Shown here piece after piece: positions 51,183 through 63,431 of a stretch of DNA of 64,000 nucleotides; the stretch's first letter is position 1; each line of letters starts with the position of its first letter. Source of the DNA: Callorhinchus milii. Its lineage: Eukaryota. The notes beneath the pieces are model-generated. The model did not search any database and was not told the origin of the DNA. It saw only the letters and a program-made list of their open reading frames with translations. The stretch covers positions 52,082,001 through 52,146,000 of the forward strand of contig NW_024704743.1 of assembly GCF_018977255.1 (NCBI RefSeq). The letters are read 5' to 3'. Both the position numbers and the translations under genes were made by a program.

Positions 51183-51689
51183 TAATTCTGGAAATAGCAC
51201 TAAAAGTATAATATTCTGCCTCTGTGTTATACACATCTACATTTGTCACTAATATTAGGGCAAAGAGTAATTTCAGGCTAAGTGCATGAAACCATTAGTC
51301 ATTATATATAGAATAATGCTCAGGTTGGGAACTATAAGTTATTAACATTTCAAAGGCTCTCCTAGATGCTATTGCATAAATGAGGATCAGTAGGATAAAA
51401 CATTCTGTGAATGATTAGAAACATCAAAGCTACTGAATTTACTTTAGTTGAATGTTGAAATCCAGCCATACTTTAATTCAGTGGGTATCCTAATATTTCA
51501 GACTAGTCTTGTAGCTGTGTAAAGTATCTCATGGAATGGTTCATTGGAAGAGAAGTGCTACAGGCAAGTGCATCGCAGACAAAATCAAAACAGAATTAAG
51601 ATGGCAGGCTTCACACAATTGAATCATGTGATTCAAACTGAAGTGCTTTCGTACCAAGTCACCAAACCCAAAATCACACCCAATCTCAA

Positions 51690-51855
51690 TCTGTAAAACA
51701 ACTTTGATTCAGCATTTAATATTGTGCAGAATTGTGGAAAATTGTTAAATACAGTCCTAAAAGTTGTTTCTCCAAACTAAGATCGAATTTAAGAATATTC
51801 TACAATTCTGTGCAGTTGTATTTTAAGACAAATTGATCTTACAGGCTAAAATTAG
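51690..51855. mobile_element. palindromic AT-rich MITE-like element
   Basis: attgtgcagaattgtggaaa ... ttctacaattctgtgcagtt inverted arms. Confidence 0.55.
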
Positions 51856-51933
51856 ACAGAATGGCAGTAGCTACAAGACTTTGGTGCAGTGAACAACATA
51901 GGTTGTGATGTGCAGTGAATTTTTATTTTTGGA

Positions 51934-52332
51934 GTGGAGTCCTGTAGATTAGTGGGTAGCGTGCTCACCTCAAAAGCAAGCAGAGGACCCAGGTTTGATT
52001 CTCAGGAAAGCCAAAACGTTAGGCAAGTTTCCTTACTCCACACACAGGCCTCTGTTCGCCTAGCAGTAAGTAGGAACCCAGCTGTTAGTCAATAGGAAAA
52101 TTGCTTTTCCGGGGGTAATAATTCCTTCAAAAAACAAAAAAAAGTAAAAAAGAAAAATAATAATTTGGTCACTCAATCCACAAATGTTTGAGGGACACTG
52201 CTGTGTGCAATTGGCTGCTGCATTTTGTCCACAAAATATACAGTCACTACACTTTACAGTATATTCTGTGAAGCTCTTTGAGACGTCTCAAAGACGTGAT
52301 AAGGTGCTATATCAAATGCAAGGATTATTATT
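51934..52332 (+). mobile_element. tRNA-headed SINE, long form, full length
   Basis: gtggagtcctgtag head, cctctgttcgcctagcagtaagtaggaacccagctg segment, tail. Confidence 0.9.
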
Positions 52333-52649
52333 GTAATTCCAGATCTCTGAGCTGCAGTAATATGAGTTTTATCTTCCTGTGTTACAGGGAAATAATTTAC
52401 TTCTTTATATTGTGCAACTTAATTCACAGAATTATGTTATTCCGCTGCAGGAAAAGGGGCAAGGAATTTGTTCTGAAATTACGTTGTGGTTATTTTAATC
52501 TCAAGTAATATTTGATAATATGATATTTATCATAACTCTATTTTATATTACAACAAAACAATTTACATAGCTCCTTTCACGTGGGGACAATGTCTCAAAG
52601 CACTTTAAAGTACTGGATATGCACCCAATATTGAAGTGAATGGAAATAA

Positions 52650-52780
52650 AACCATAGTACAATAGAATTAGAGCACAGAATGAGGCCATTCAGTCTATTG
52701 TGACTATGCTGGCTCTCTGAGAGAGCCTTCTGTTTAGTTCCCATTCTCTTGCCTTTTTCCCATATTTTATCATTCCTGAA
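52650..52780 (-). mobile_element. CR1 LINE 3'UTR
   Basis: catagtacaatagaattagagcacagaatgaggccattcag. Confidence 0.7.
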
Positions 52781-52798
52781 GATCCACCATAGAAAGTA

Positions 52799-53129
52799 CA
52801 GTAAAGCCCTGTTATAATGTGATGGTTGGCACAGTAAATTCTTAACTAGAGATGAAACCAAGTGCGATCACTGTCCAGCGCTAACACATTCACTGGGCAT
52901 GCTGTAGTTCCAGCATGCAAGCAAGTTTACCTCACTAAAAAATGTCTGACTTCCAATCATTGAGTTGCCTCCAAAGTCACTCCTGTCGATAACGCAGAAG
53001 TCATCCATATTGTAGCTCAAGGAATGCCAGTAAGGAAATGTCGGGATCCACACTCTAACTGCACTATAAGTAAGCCAGTATCATAACAAAGCATGTTATA
53101 ACAAAGTGCATTATAACAGGCTTCTATTG
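52799..53129. mobile_element. Tigger/pogo-like MITE with both TIRs
   Basis: TA-cagtaaagccctgttataatg ... cattataacaggcttctattg-CA; imperfect 21-bp TIRs, TA target on the left. Confidence 0.75.
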
Positions 53130-53999
53130 CAAATGTGGGATGGATTTCAGACTCTTAGCACTTTTAGACCACTTAGAATAGTTCTCCTTAAATCAGCTGT
53201 AAAGCAGTACATAAACTACACCACAGTACATTATGACTGAATTTAAGAATTATCCAAAACGATAATGATAAATACAGCTAAAGCTCTGTGTCCTTTGGTG
53301 TGGTTTGAAGCACTGGGCAATTCGAGCCGTGCTGCTTAATCAATTAATTAAACATTTTAATTGATTGTGAAATAAATAATTGATTAAACAAATTGCAACA
53401 ACCAACAATTATTGGCCTGGTACAGCAAGCTGCATAGATTATGTCCAGTCATTCAATTGCAAACAACACAAAGTGTCCTTGGTTATTAATTGCATTCTTC
53501 ATTTCTTTCTGAATTTTAAAAAAAATGTTTGTTCACTTCCAGTGAGGTATGACAGCACTCAGCACCATTGTATGAGGCATGAGATGTGTTGAAGCTCATC
53601 ACTAAGTTTGTTTGTGCCCATCCAAAGGCATCACAACTCACTAATAATGGGTTCTCTTCCTGGTTCCTAGATGCAGTTTTCTGAAAGACATCACAAGGCA
53701 GGATTTAGTGTGTCCAGTCAAGACTAATCCCATCTATTGATTCTCATCATAGCACTGGCTGACTTGACTTATTTGTGTCTTTCACACAAAACATAGCTTT
53801 TAAAACGTTCACATTTATGTAATGCGCAGTTGTAGGCTTCCATCATATCGTAGGAATCTGTATCATGTATTTTATCAGCCATGAAAATCCAACTAAAGAT
53901 AATCCGACCAACTGAAGATCTGCCTGATTCAGATACTGAAGAACTGTATCTGGAACTCCATATCCTCACAGGATTTATATTTATATTTAACAGATCAAA

Positions 54000-54273
54000 G
54001 ACTCAACATTTCCCATTGGCTCAGTATTACGACCATTGTCTTAAAATTTTAGTTGTGAAGAAATGTAATTCAATTTAAGACTGAATTGAAGAAATGTTGT
54101 AAATTCTTCAATTCAGTCTTAAATTGGAAGTAGGTATCCTTCAGGTTTTTNAAAAAAAAACTGTGTGGCACTACAGTACATTATGACTGAATTTAAGAAT
54201 TATCCAAAAATTGTGCACAATCTTAAATTTTGGGACAGTAGTCTTAAGGCTAAGATCTAGGATATTTCAGGCC
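54000..54273. mobile_element. palindromic AT-rich MITE-like element containing a perfect hairpin
   Basis: Ends are imperfect inverted repeats (gaccattgtcttaaaattttagttgtg / cacaatcttaaattttgggacagtagtc); 23-bp perfect stem at 54071-54126. Confidence 0.7.
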
Positions 54274-55068
54274 TTTATTTTGTTTCTGCTGGTGCCATGG
54301 GTTCTATTCATTGAAATATCAATATTTTACTACTGAAAACCACACTAAGCTGGTGATTTACTCCAATGTCAATTAGTTTAAAAAGACATTTTCAGTGATG
54401 CGCTTTATTCATGTTATGTGGCAAAATTGGGTCATAAAACTCTAGATTTAGGTAAACTGGGTCATCCTGTATTTAGTGGTGAGGTGGGTTAGCACAGTGA
54501 CACACTGCATGATAAAGTAATGAAGATTCAGCTGTATGGAGGGTTTCTGATTATATCCAAGGAGGCAATGAGCCAGAGGCAAGGTCTGAGAGAAAAAAAG
54601 AGAATGGGGCAATTGAGTCACTCTTTGTTACCCTGAATTTTTAGGTTTGAAATTCTACTGAGGCTGGATCAAAGGAAAATAGAATAAGCATCTGAGCAAT
54701 ACAAATATTAAAGCATAGGTGAAAAAAAATGGAAAGTGGGATAGAATAATAATAAAGGCTGATGAAATAGGTAGCAATAGCGCAGGCATAATGGACTGAA
54801 TGATCATATAGTTTTGATCTTTCTCATGAACGCTAGAGTATTGACTAAGACTTGGATCAGATTTTTTTCTGGAACTCATTGCTAAGTCATGACATAATAA
54901 AAGAAACTGCAATGGATGTTGTTCTAAGTTTGGAAGTAAACTGTTAAGTTAGCAAGCAAGAAAGAAAAATACTTTTCAAATTGTTATAATGGCTTATCAC
55001 ATGAACCATCTGAAAGTGCTTTCACAGATAATTACTGTTAATTGTTCTGATTGTTTTTGTAGGCAGAT

Positions 55069-55116
<48 letters not shown>

Positions 55117-55420
55117 CCTTGCATTTGATATAGCGCTTTTCACATCTTCTAGACGTCCCAAAGTGCTTCACAGAATATACTGTAAAGTGAATTGACTGTA
55201 TATTTGTGGGCGAACGCGGCAGCCAATTGCATACAGCAATGTCCCACAGACAGTTGTGGTTTGAAAATGACCAATTTATTATTGTTTTGTTTTTTTGGAG
55301 GGATTATTATTAGGTGTGTGGAGTAAGGAAACTTGCCCAAGGTTTCGCCCTGCCTGGAACTGAACTCAGGTCTCTCACTTGCAAAGCGAGTGCTCTAACC
55401 ACTGAGCTACAGGACTCCAC
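55069..55420 (-). mobile_element. young tRNA-derived SINE, short form, with expanded (TAA)n tail
   Basis: Reverse-complement copy of 13300-13609; (TAA)~15 at 55071-55116. Confidence 0.95.
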
Positions 55421-55903
55421 AACATGACAGAGTGATCCACATAATCTGTTCCACTTGAATAGTATAATAGAAGAGACTTGACAGAATTAGGTAGATCACT
55501 CTGTTTGAGGTTTATTAATAAAAATAATAATCCTTACATTTAATATATCACCTTATTACATTGTTGAAACTTCTCAAAGCGCTTCAAAGCTTTGTGGGCA
55601 AAATGCTTTTAATTAACAAAAGCAATTAAAAAGAAAAAGAAAGTGACAAAAAAAGGAAAACCTCCTTTTATTGGTGTCATAATAAAAAGCACTGAACCGA
55701 AAGTTACTGAAGTCACAGTACATGCTCTAATTCAGTCAAATGAATATGAAGGAAAGTAAGAGTATGTTCATGTAGATTCTTGTGGCAATGCTAATCTGGA
55801 TGCCCCTTAATTTGGAGCACACTTTAACCTGCATATCAGATGGTTCACAAAATTATAGAAATTACAGAGGTTACTCAAATCTTTGTGCTATTATCTGCAC
55901 AAC

Positions 55904-56409
55904 GAGACAGGATGCACCTTACTCAAATCCATTGTCTACTTAGTATTTCAGTGTACACACAGGTCAGCAGATGGGTTGCTTACTAATGCTAGACTCATGT
56001 TAATATCAAAGTAACTATTGTACTGCATAAGACAGGGCAGTGTGTGGAAATCCAATTACAGTTCTTTCAATCAAAATATGAAGGTGAATACATTTGAATA
56101 TAGAGGGATCAGAATACATAGAATTTTATCCAGGTTTTAACATGCAGTTGCTTTTTGCACCTAAGTCTTTTCTGTGGGTTGGTAAAAATTGATAAATCAA
56201 ATTGGAATAACTGTGGCAGTTCTGAGCAATACACGATTTTTCCACAGTTGTAATTGTACTTAGGCTCTTGTAGTGAAGAGGCTGAAAGCTACATTATAAT
56301 GTTCTCGATGTTGTGTATAACTTGACACACATAGATATATGAAAAGAAAAGCTTTCTCTCTAATGATCATGACCTTAATTCTGGATTCAAACAAGGTGCA
56401 TCCTATCTC
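55904..56409. repeat. 28-bp inverted repeat (55904-55931 / 56382-56409)
   Basis: gagacaggatgcaccttactcaaatcca versus tggattcaaacaaggtgcatcctatctc; 23 of 28 positions pair Watson-Crick. Confidence 0.75.
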
Positions 56410-57578
56410 TAAATGCATGCAATGGCAGTGAGTTTTGAGCAGTTACCTTTGTGATTTATGTAATTGGACAAAACCAGCCAATATGTGCTCCAAATTGGGG
56501 TATTCAGACCATGTTCTGCCTGTTCATAGTATAATCTGAGTTTCCGACATGAGAAGGACAAAGTAAGACTTTATTTTATATTGTTGCATTCTTGCTTCCA
56601 GTTACTCCTTTAAAAATGTTTGATTTATTTGGAAGTAATCTGAATCATTGCTTATCTATAGTCCAACCGCATAGTTACAAAATTATCAAAATGATAATAA
56701 TGGTTTCTCCTTCTCCTCTACGTGAATGTTTTCTGTAACTCTTGCCTGGCCAGATGCTCAAATTACGAATACACCCAGATTGATCACACTTTTTGGATAA
56801 CAATAATGACGAAAGCCAAGATTATTTTCATTAAAAAAATGAGTTCTATCCTGTCAAACTGTTTAGATTGATGTTGTTATCCAATGAATTTTTTTTCCAT
56901 TTTAAAGAAGCATTGTAATTTTTACTGAGAATATATGCAACTGGAACTACTATATAAAAAACATATCGTTTTGCTTTAGTGATTGGTACATCCTGGTTTT
57001 ATATCTTCTTCACAGCAGTCAGGAGTTTCAATCATTGGAGAATTTTACTGGAATGACTACTGCAGGCACTGTAGTTCTGTAAATTTACAATAAAGACAGA
57101 ATGAAATAATGAATGGGAGCTTAGTAAACACAGTCTTGAGTCGCAGCTTGAGCTATTCCTAAAAAATGTTAAGTTAATAAATAACACTATAAAAGAGCAA
57201 TATTCTTACAACTTTTCATTTAGCTCTTTCTTCAGATTATTTCTATTTTCAAAAAGTAAATGGAGTTTCACCTACATTTTTTAAACCAGAACAAGGTGCA
57301 GATAATAGCTTATTGATCAATGTGAGGTTTTGCAACTAAAGGTAAATTTTGTTATGGAAAAATGAACCAAGTTAAATCTATATCTGATGCAGTTAAGTGC
57401 ATTTTCATTTACTTCTTTATTTTGAGTGGTGCAAAATTTAAATTTAAATGTAATCGAAAAATTGCAAACGTTCATGTGTTCCATAACACTTGAAATCTGA
57501 ATCCTGAAATCACGCTCCATATTTAACTCCTTTGAATGCACCACAGTTGTATTTCTGCATAAAAATAAATTGAACCAA

Positions 57579-58008
57579 AATAATCATTCCATTTGTTATA
57601 GCACCTTATCACATCATCAAAACATTTGATACAGCTTCATAGGATTTACTGTAAAGTGTACTGACTGTGTATTTGTAGGCAAATGCTGCTGCCAATTTAA
57701 GCACAGCAATTTCCCAAAACAGTCATGAAGTGAAATACTTTTTTTTTATCTGGGGAATTGGTGGTCAGAACTCTGGAGGAAACTCCCTTCTCTTTTTGAA
57801 TTGTGTCATGGGATTTTTAACATCCACCTGAACTGGTAGATTGTACCTTAGTCAATGAATCATTGTTACCACACTTCTGACAATGCACTCCCATTTTGCT
57901 CCCCTAGCACAGAACTGGAGGTCAGCCTGGACTATGAGCTCAAACCCTCAACATGGAAACCTATAACCTTCTATCTGAGGCAAGTGTGCTATCAATTGAG
58001 CCAGGCTG
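57579..58008 (-). mobile_element. Deu-domain SINE, near full length
   Basis: catgggatttttaacatccacctgaactggtag core; head aattgagccaggctga. Confidence 0.85.
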
Positions 58009-60784
58009 AGATGCACACAACATTATACTTTAGAAAAATATATCAAATTATCGTGAACAGATTTATGACTTATGACTCCTATTTCTGTAATTCCACTTTA
58101 AAGGTCAACAATATAAATTTACAGTGATATAGTAATGCAGACTTTATACTGAAAGACCAGATGAACATGTTGTTTTAATATTAAAAAGAACCATAAACTT
58201 TTAGTTTTGTAGAATACTGGCCAGATCATCAGCAAAGCTGCTGGTTTATATCATTATTGTTTTTGAAAGGATCCAGGATTAGTCTGACAAATTAATAAGA
58301 GTTTCCCATGACACATCCTGTTTATTTCAAGAACTATTTATCTGTTACTTGAGTGTATTATCTTTGCCAGTTATAAGGCTCCCATCCCTTCCCCATCAAA
58401 AATAAAAATTGCCTAATTTTCCAGCTATGATCTTTTGGAATATTAGTGTTGCAGCTAAAGTAGACAGAGGGAGCAATTTAACAGAGGGTTCTAGTTGTCA
58501 AGAGGGCATGCAAATAACCAAAGAAATTAGTTTTTAATTTCTCTTTACTACTGCTAAGCAAAATACAAGCCAACAATAATATAAGATACAGGTGGCGTAT
58601 CAATTAGACTTAGTATGTTTGATAAATAGTAAGTCATCAAAGTTAACCGAGGAATTCTGAAGCGCACACTGAACTATTTCTGCAAGCGAATTATCATGAA
58701 ATGATGAGAATCTGAATTTGCTTTCAGTGTGTTAGAACAATAGCTTGTACAGGCTTATGCATTCAGAGGTAGCCTAATGGAAAAGTCAGATCACCTGCCT
58801 GGGTATCATAAATACAATATCCAAATATATGATGATTTGCCTTTTCTCATTTCATATTATTCTGATGCTGTTCAATTATTAAAGTGTTCAGATTACAAGG
58901 AAATGTTAGTCTCCAAAGGAAATACAACTGAACGAAGAGAATGATTTTCAAATAAACCATGCTGTCATTTCTCAGACCATCATTTAAGCCTTTTCAAAGA
59001 AAGTCTATGTCAGAAGCTCAGGAGAACATCCTCACGACTATGCAATGCATTACCATATATGGCTATGAAAGAGAGAGAAAAAAAGCCTCGATTTCAACTC
59101 AAACTCGTCAATCAAGAAAACAAAATCAGCTGGTTGCCCCATGTCATTTAAGGTGTTGCCTCCACCAAGTTTTTCTTTAGAGATCAAAGCATCCACTTGT
59201 TCAGCAATTTTCTGCAGTTTTACCCTTTTTATCTGCTTAATTATTTTAATCAATCCATTAACAAGAACTGCTAGCATCAAATGTGTGAGGAAAATAAATA
59301 AACCAGAAGGAGCAATGCAAGTCAGTTAATAAAGCCAAAGTTCCTTCAGATTATTTTCATTGCTCAATTTGTGCCTTGCTTTTGAAGTCACGCTGGCATC
59401 CAGCTATATTGCTTCAGGCATTTTCTTAGCTATATAAACACGTTTGCTTTTATCTGCTTCTTTTGAATTCATTAAAATATTACTCAAATATCCAAGAATG
59501 TTTAGAGACAGTTTGACAGACCTGAGGACATTTCCCAGTGATTTATGGCAACAGTAATTGAACACACCTAGAACAAGCAGTAAAGTCACTCTTGAACATT
59601 TACTCGTGTTTTTCTTTCATGTTATTTTGCTTAATCTCTTTCCCTCCTTATAATGTTTTGTGAACTTTATTTTCTCACTTGCCCCTTCCTAGTCCTTCCA
59701 TGCTATCTGTTTTGATATTGAAATGGAAAGTGTTATAACCAACTCATGGATGTCTCTACAGGTGATGCCAAAACTGTTCTTTGCTCAACCCATCAGGAGG
59801 CGTGTTTAAGCAATATGAGAAAGGAACTCATTCTTCTCTCACACAACCTGTCCAGACTCGCAAATGTAACAGCAACTGTTTTACAAACTCAAGTTCAAGG
59901 TCCCAAACTCATAGCTCCCCATGCTTCTTTGTTCTTCAACCAAATTTGAATTAAATTATGCTATTTCTGCAAGTTGGTAACCGAGTTTGTAGATTTAGGG
60001 AGGAAGGAAGAGGGCAGTTCAGTTAAAGTAATTCTGACCTATAGGAAATAATTCCTTCATAGACAGACAAACAGGAGAAATAGTAACATAAGACAGTCCC
60101 ACAGAAACAATGGAACAAAGTGGTGCACAACACAAATGTATTAAAATTAGCTGTTGTACAATTATACCAATTGATACATTTTTGCTTCCATTATAGACAA
60201 TTTCTACCAAGGTTTATGTAAGTCCCTGTTTGAATTGTGAAAATAAATTCTATTCTATTCGCAGCGCCTTGGGACGTCCTCCTGACATGAAAGGCGCTTT
60301 ATAAATGGAATCTTGTTGTTGTTGTTGTTGTATTCCTGTGTCCCATTAAATGAAACAGCCTTACAGTCTGACTGTAATAATTTATGCATGTACAATACTA
60401 TTTTCTACAGAAGTATATAACTCATTTACCTGTATATCAACATTGCTGGTGATTATATGGGGGGAAGGGAAATGTGATACATAATAATTATCACATCACA
60501 CACCACATTTTTCCTCCGACATGTGATCTGTGCTTCTGAGGACCAACATTCCTCATATGGCTTTAAGATCGTACATTTAAGAATATGCAGAATTTTGGAA
60601 AATTCTTAACTTCAACTTTAATCTGAAAAAACTCCCAGTCAGTTGTTTGAAGCAATTTGAGGTGTATATAAGAGGGTAAAAAGAAGGATGGGGACTCACA
60701 ACACAATACAAATTTACATTTATGTAGTGCCTTTCCCACTGGGAGGACATCCCAAAGTGCTGAGTTTGGTCACTCGCACCATGG

Positions 60785-60940
60785 CTCTTTGTGGAACATT
60801 GTTGTTTGTAATTTGTCTCCTACCTTCACCCACAAACCACAGTCACTGAACTTTACAGTATATTCTGTGAAATGCTTTGCGATGTTCTCCTGACATAAAA
60901 AAATGCTATACCAAATTTGGATTCATATTATCATTATAAT
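60785..60940 (+). mobile_element. SINE 3' fragment
   Basis: tttgtggaacattgttg...cagtcactgaactttacagtatattctgtgaaatgcttt. Confidence 0.7.
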
Positions 60941-61814
60941 AAGGAAAAATTGAGGATTTATGTTGTAGCAAGATCACTGCAGCTTTATTGAGAAATTGAT
61001 TCTATGTCAATAGCACCAGACTGGGATGTATCAGGAACTAGATCATCCTTTGACTCTTGTTTGCAAGAGAAGAAAAGAATACATTGACATCCACAGTGGG
61101 AAAATAATCCACCACACTGACACTGGGGCTCTGTGCATACTTATTGTAATTGTTTAGATGGGTTTATGGTTAGTAATAATAATTGTGACAATATTTTAAA
61201 ATCAAGCCAGATGATCATAAATCAGTGACAATAATAATAACCTTTGCATGTCATGCTGCTCCTGTCAAGCTGATATGTTTTGAAGTGCTTCACATGTTCA
61301 TGCTGTAAAGTCTGGTGACTGTGTATTTCACTTCATGTAGCTGTTCGTGGGAAGTTACTGGGCTAGCATCAAAGATTAACTGACCTTCTCATTGCAAAGC
61401 AAGAACACACATGCAGCAACAAACTACTTATGCAGCATCCAAAGTGTCTGTATTTTGGAATTATTATACTAGATGGTGCTGACAATAGCTGATATCTCTC
61501 CATTATGTTCTAGCAATCCATTGAATTCCTCATTCTCTGGTATAGAAATCCTTACCACTGTTTTGTTAAATTGCAAAGAGGTTTGTGACTGGAAGGTTAA
61601 TTAGCAGCCTGTTGAGTCATTAGATCTTAATTGACCTAAATTAGTGTTTGCTTTAAGCAGAATAGTGGCTACATATGGACAGACTGGATGCTGCACAAAC
61701 AGAATTTGTTGATTTTGGCTGCTGTGATGTGCTAGTGATTGAATGTGCTGGTGGAAGCTACGACTGGCTTCTTTTCACAATGTACAGGTAGTTCAAGCTT
61801 AACATCCTTTGTGA

Positions 61815-62143
61815 TAATAACAATAATCATTCCATTTGATATAGTGCTTGATCACATGGGTGAGATGTCTCAAAGCGTTTCATAGAATCTGTTGTAAAGT
61901 GAATTGACTGTACATTTTGTGTGTGAAACGTGGCAGTCAATTGCGCACAGCAGTGCCCCATAATCATTTGGTGTAGTCGTAGACTGAGGGATTGGAGGGA
62001 TTATTACCGCCGGAAAGTGATCGGCCAATCAACTAACAACTGGATTTTTACTTATTTTGAGGTAAACAGAGATGTATGGAGTAACGAAACTTGCCTAAGG
62101 TTTGTGAGGCGAGCGCGCTAACCACTACCCTACGGGACTTCAC
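61815..62143 (-). mobile_element. tRNA-headed SINE, long form (older)
   Basis: Tail, ggtaaacaga segment and partial head gtgaggcgagcgcgctaaccact. Confidence 0.8.
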
Positions 62144-62357
62144 AGGTACTGACTTTTGTGTACATCCGATTATTGGGGATGCTGCCGTGCTTTTCAATTT
62201 CAACCAATAAGACATTTACCTATGTTTATATTCAGTTATTTTTAATAAAGCGATTGAAAATCAGAAAATAAATCTCCTGCCTTTTTCCTCTGTAATGTCT
62301 GAAATTAGTTTAGTAACAACGAAGATGTTAAACGTTGTCAAATGATCAACACTGCAT

Positions 62358-62546
62358 GACTAAAATATCACCTCATCTTAGCCTTTTAGAACTGTTGGGC
62401 CTTAAAATTCAAGATCATGCAGATTTGTGAAAAATTATTAAACTCAATTTAAATTTCAAAGACATTTTCCACAGTTCTTTAAAAAAACTGACAGAATTTT
62501 GAACAATTCTGCACCATCTTAAATTTTAAGACTAAATAGTCTTAGC
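62358..62546. mobile_element. palindromic AT-rich MITE-like element
   Basis: cttaaaattcaagatcatgcagatttgt ... acaattctgcaccatcttaaattttaag. Confidence 0.65.
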
Positions 62547-62669
62547 TCCTGACTCCTCTGAGCTCCTGACACCACATGAGGTATATAAATCATTGTCTAC
62601 ATCAGTGGTGACCAATCTGTGGCCCGTTGACCCATCAAGAAGTGACCCCCCCCACTGAACATTCACACA

Positions 62670-63110
62670 AGTCTAGGTAAGTGAACGTACTTGGGGGGTG
62701 AACGTACAGAGAGATCTGGGTGTTTAAGTAAGCGAATCATTAAAGGTAGCGGGGCAGGTAGATAAGGCAGTAAAAAAGGCATTTGGTGTACTGAGCTTTA
62801 TTAGTAGGGGCATAGAGTATAAGAGCAGGGAGGTTATGGTTAATCTATACAAAACACTGGTTAGGCTTCAGCTGGAGTACTGCGTCCAGTTCTGAGCATC
62901 TTACTTCAGGAAGGACATTAAGGCACTGGAGAGGGTGCAGAGGAGATTCACGAGAATGATACCAGGAATGGGGAACCTTAGCTATGAGGACAGGCTGGAG
63001 AAGTTAGGATTTTTCCCATGAGAGCAGAGAAGGTTACGTGGGGACCTGATAGAGGTCTTCAAGATCATGAAAGGTTTTGACAGGCTAGATAGGGAAGAGG
63101 TGAAAAAATA
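62670..63110 (+). mobile_element. CR1 LINE ORF2 fragment
   Basis: QRDLGV..VDKAVKKAFGVLSFISRGIEYKSREVMVNLYKTLVRLQLEYCVQF*..LERVQRRFTRMIPGM..LSYEDRLEKLG..RRLRGDLIEVFKIMKG, with in-frame stops. Confidence 0.95.
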
Positions 63111-63431
63111 GTGGAGTCCTGTAGCTCAGTGGTTAGAGCACTCGCTTTGCAAGTGAGAGACCTGAGTTCAATTCCAGGCAGGGCGAAACCTTGGGCAAGT
63201 TTCCTTACTCCACACGCCTAATAATAATCTCTCCAAAAAAAAAAAACAATAATTAAATTGGTCATTTTCAATCTATGACTGTTTGTGGGACATTGCTGTG
63301 CGCAATTGGCTGCCGCGTTCGCCCACAAATATACAGTCAACTCACTTTACAGTATATTCTGTGAAGCGCTTTGGGACGTCCTCCCGACGTGAAAAGCGCT
63401 ATATCAAATGCAAGGATTATTATTATTATTA
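63111..63431 (+). mobile_element. young tRNA-derived SINE, short form, full length, nested in CR1
   Basis: Near-identical to 13300-13609. Confidence 0.95.

Noticed and set aside
760..54151. Single N bases at 760, 32809, 37121 and 54151
   Set aside because: All lie at homopolymer junctions; assembly ambiguity, not biology.
58940..59950. Several short ORFs and an HC-containing word suggestive of a hAT transposase
   Set aside because: The frames could not be joined into transposase motifs and no TIRs were seen.
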